A program made the position numbers and the translations under genes. From Candidatus Eiseniibacteriota bacterium (GTDB lineage Bacteria > Eisenbacteria > RBG-16-71-46): 26,980 bases of DNA. Below the pieces are notes generated by a model that saw only the letters and a list, made by a program, of their open reading frames with translations, ran no database searches and was not told the origin of the DNA. The stretch is from positions 1-26,980 of the forward strand of contig JANLWX010000121.1 of assembly GCA_031364845.1 (NCBI GenBank). The letters are read 5' to 3'. This document shows, piece by piece, positions 26,387-26,980 of the stretch; the stretch's first letter is position 1, and each line of letters starts with the position of its first letter.

Positions 26387-26980
26387 TCATGGGCGGATCG
26401 ACCGATAGAACGCGAGCCCGACCGTCGCCTGCGTGTAGTTGTAGACGACGACGCCATCCCGCCCACGCTGCTCGCCGAACACGGCGGCCTGCCGCCATTC
26501 GGTGCGCAGCGCCAGATCGTCACGAATGAACAGCTCCAGACCCGCGCCACCCGAGAGCGCGTTCTTGGTGACGGGCTTCGCGTTGAGCGAAGGTCCCGGT
26601 TCCACGATCACCATCCCGTAGCCCCCCGTCGCGTAGGGCTGGATCCGACCAGGACGCGGCCAGCGAGCGAGAAGGCTGAACGTGTGCAACACCGCGTGCA
26701 CCGACTGCCCGGGGTTGTGCATCAACGCCGCCTCGTAGCCGAGCCAGGCCGAGGGGTGGTACGCCGCACGCAGGACGAAGAGCCGGTCCCGTCCCAGGGT
26801 CCCGTAGCCGGGGCTCACCTCGAACCGTTCGCGGAACGGCCGCACGCCGGGCTGGAGCGCGAACGGCGCGCGCGCGGCGTCCGGGACCAGCGCCTCGAGC
26901 CCGTTCACGTAGACGACGCTGTCCGCGGGCGTCGAGTGCGCGTGCACCGGAGCCGGCGCCGCCAACAGCACGAGGGCGAG
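26387..26980 (-). CDS. Outer-membrane beta-barrel protein (5' end outside window)
   Basis: Frame open to the window edge inside a signal peptide (LALVLLAAPAPVHA). Strands LGYEAAL, IQPYATGGYG, GGAGLELFI, VGLAFY resemble the 18511-19431 barrel. Confidence 0.8.
   Translation of the reverse strand, partial: LALVLLAAPAPVHAHSTPADSVVYVNGLEALVPDAARAPFALQPGVRPFRERFEVSPGYGTLGRDRLFVLRAAYHPSAWLGYEAALMHNPGQSVHAVLHTFSLLARWPRPGRIQPYATGGYGMVIVEPGPSLNAKPVTKNALSGGAGLELFIRDDLALRTEWRQAAVFGEQRGRDGVVVYNYTQATVGLAFYRSIRP

Noticed and set aside
18511..26498. N-terminal extensions in the ORF track (starts 19635, 20900, 21328, 23694, 23807, 25464, 26498)
   Set aside because: They overlap upstream genes. Downstream starts with RBS, signal peptides and coupled stop/start codons fit much better.

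Overview
High-GC bacterial DNA. The FlgD-Ig C-terminal sorting domain, DUF5916 protein and HNH family suggest an FCB-superphylum lineage such as Ca. Eisenbacteria (inference only). Bases 1-5300 form a mobile-element patch. A complete ISL3 (4-1363) interrupts a secreted beta-helix gene, followed by a DUF222-like HNH endonuclease gene and a complete group II intron (3352-5282, minus strand, class E-like RT). The intron sits inside one copy of a palindrome, AACTGTCC-N4-GGACAGTT, and its predicted EBS1 is exactly complementary to the palindrome arm. The same palindrome recurs as a REP-like doublet (9776-9870) and inside the HNH gene. Bases 5316-9765 carry a nitronate monooxygenase-like gene, a hotdog-fold (DUF4442) gene and a CBM9/DUF5916 gene. 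Bases 9873->26980 are a single minus-strand run of 15 tightly packed, often translationally coupled genes, all encoding exported or membrane-anchored proteins. The run joins a redox module (two-CxxCH HzsA-like lipoprotein, TlpA, DUF4266, DUF3570) to a myxobacterial Glt-like trans-envelope module (OM barrels, 1640-aa TPR protein, TPR lipoprotein, GltF-like protein, TonB/AgmX-like protein), with an NHL/FlgD-Ig protein between them. All family assignments come from motif recognition by eye; no searches were run.
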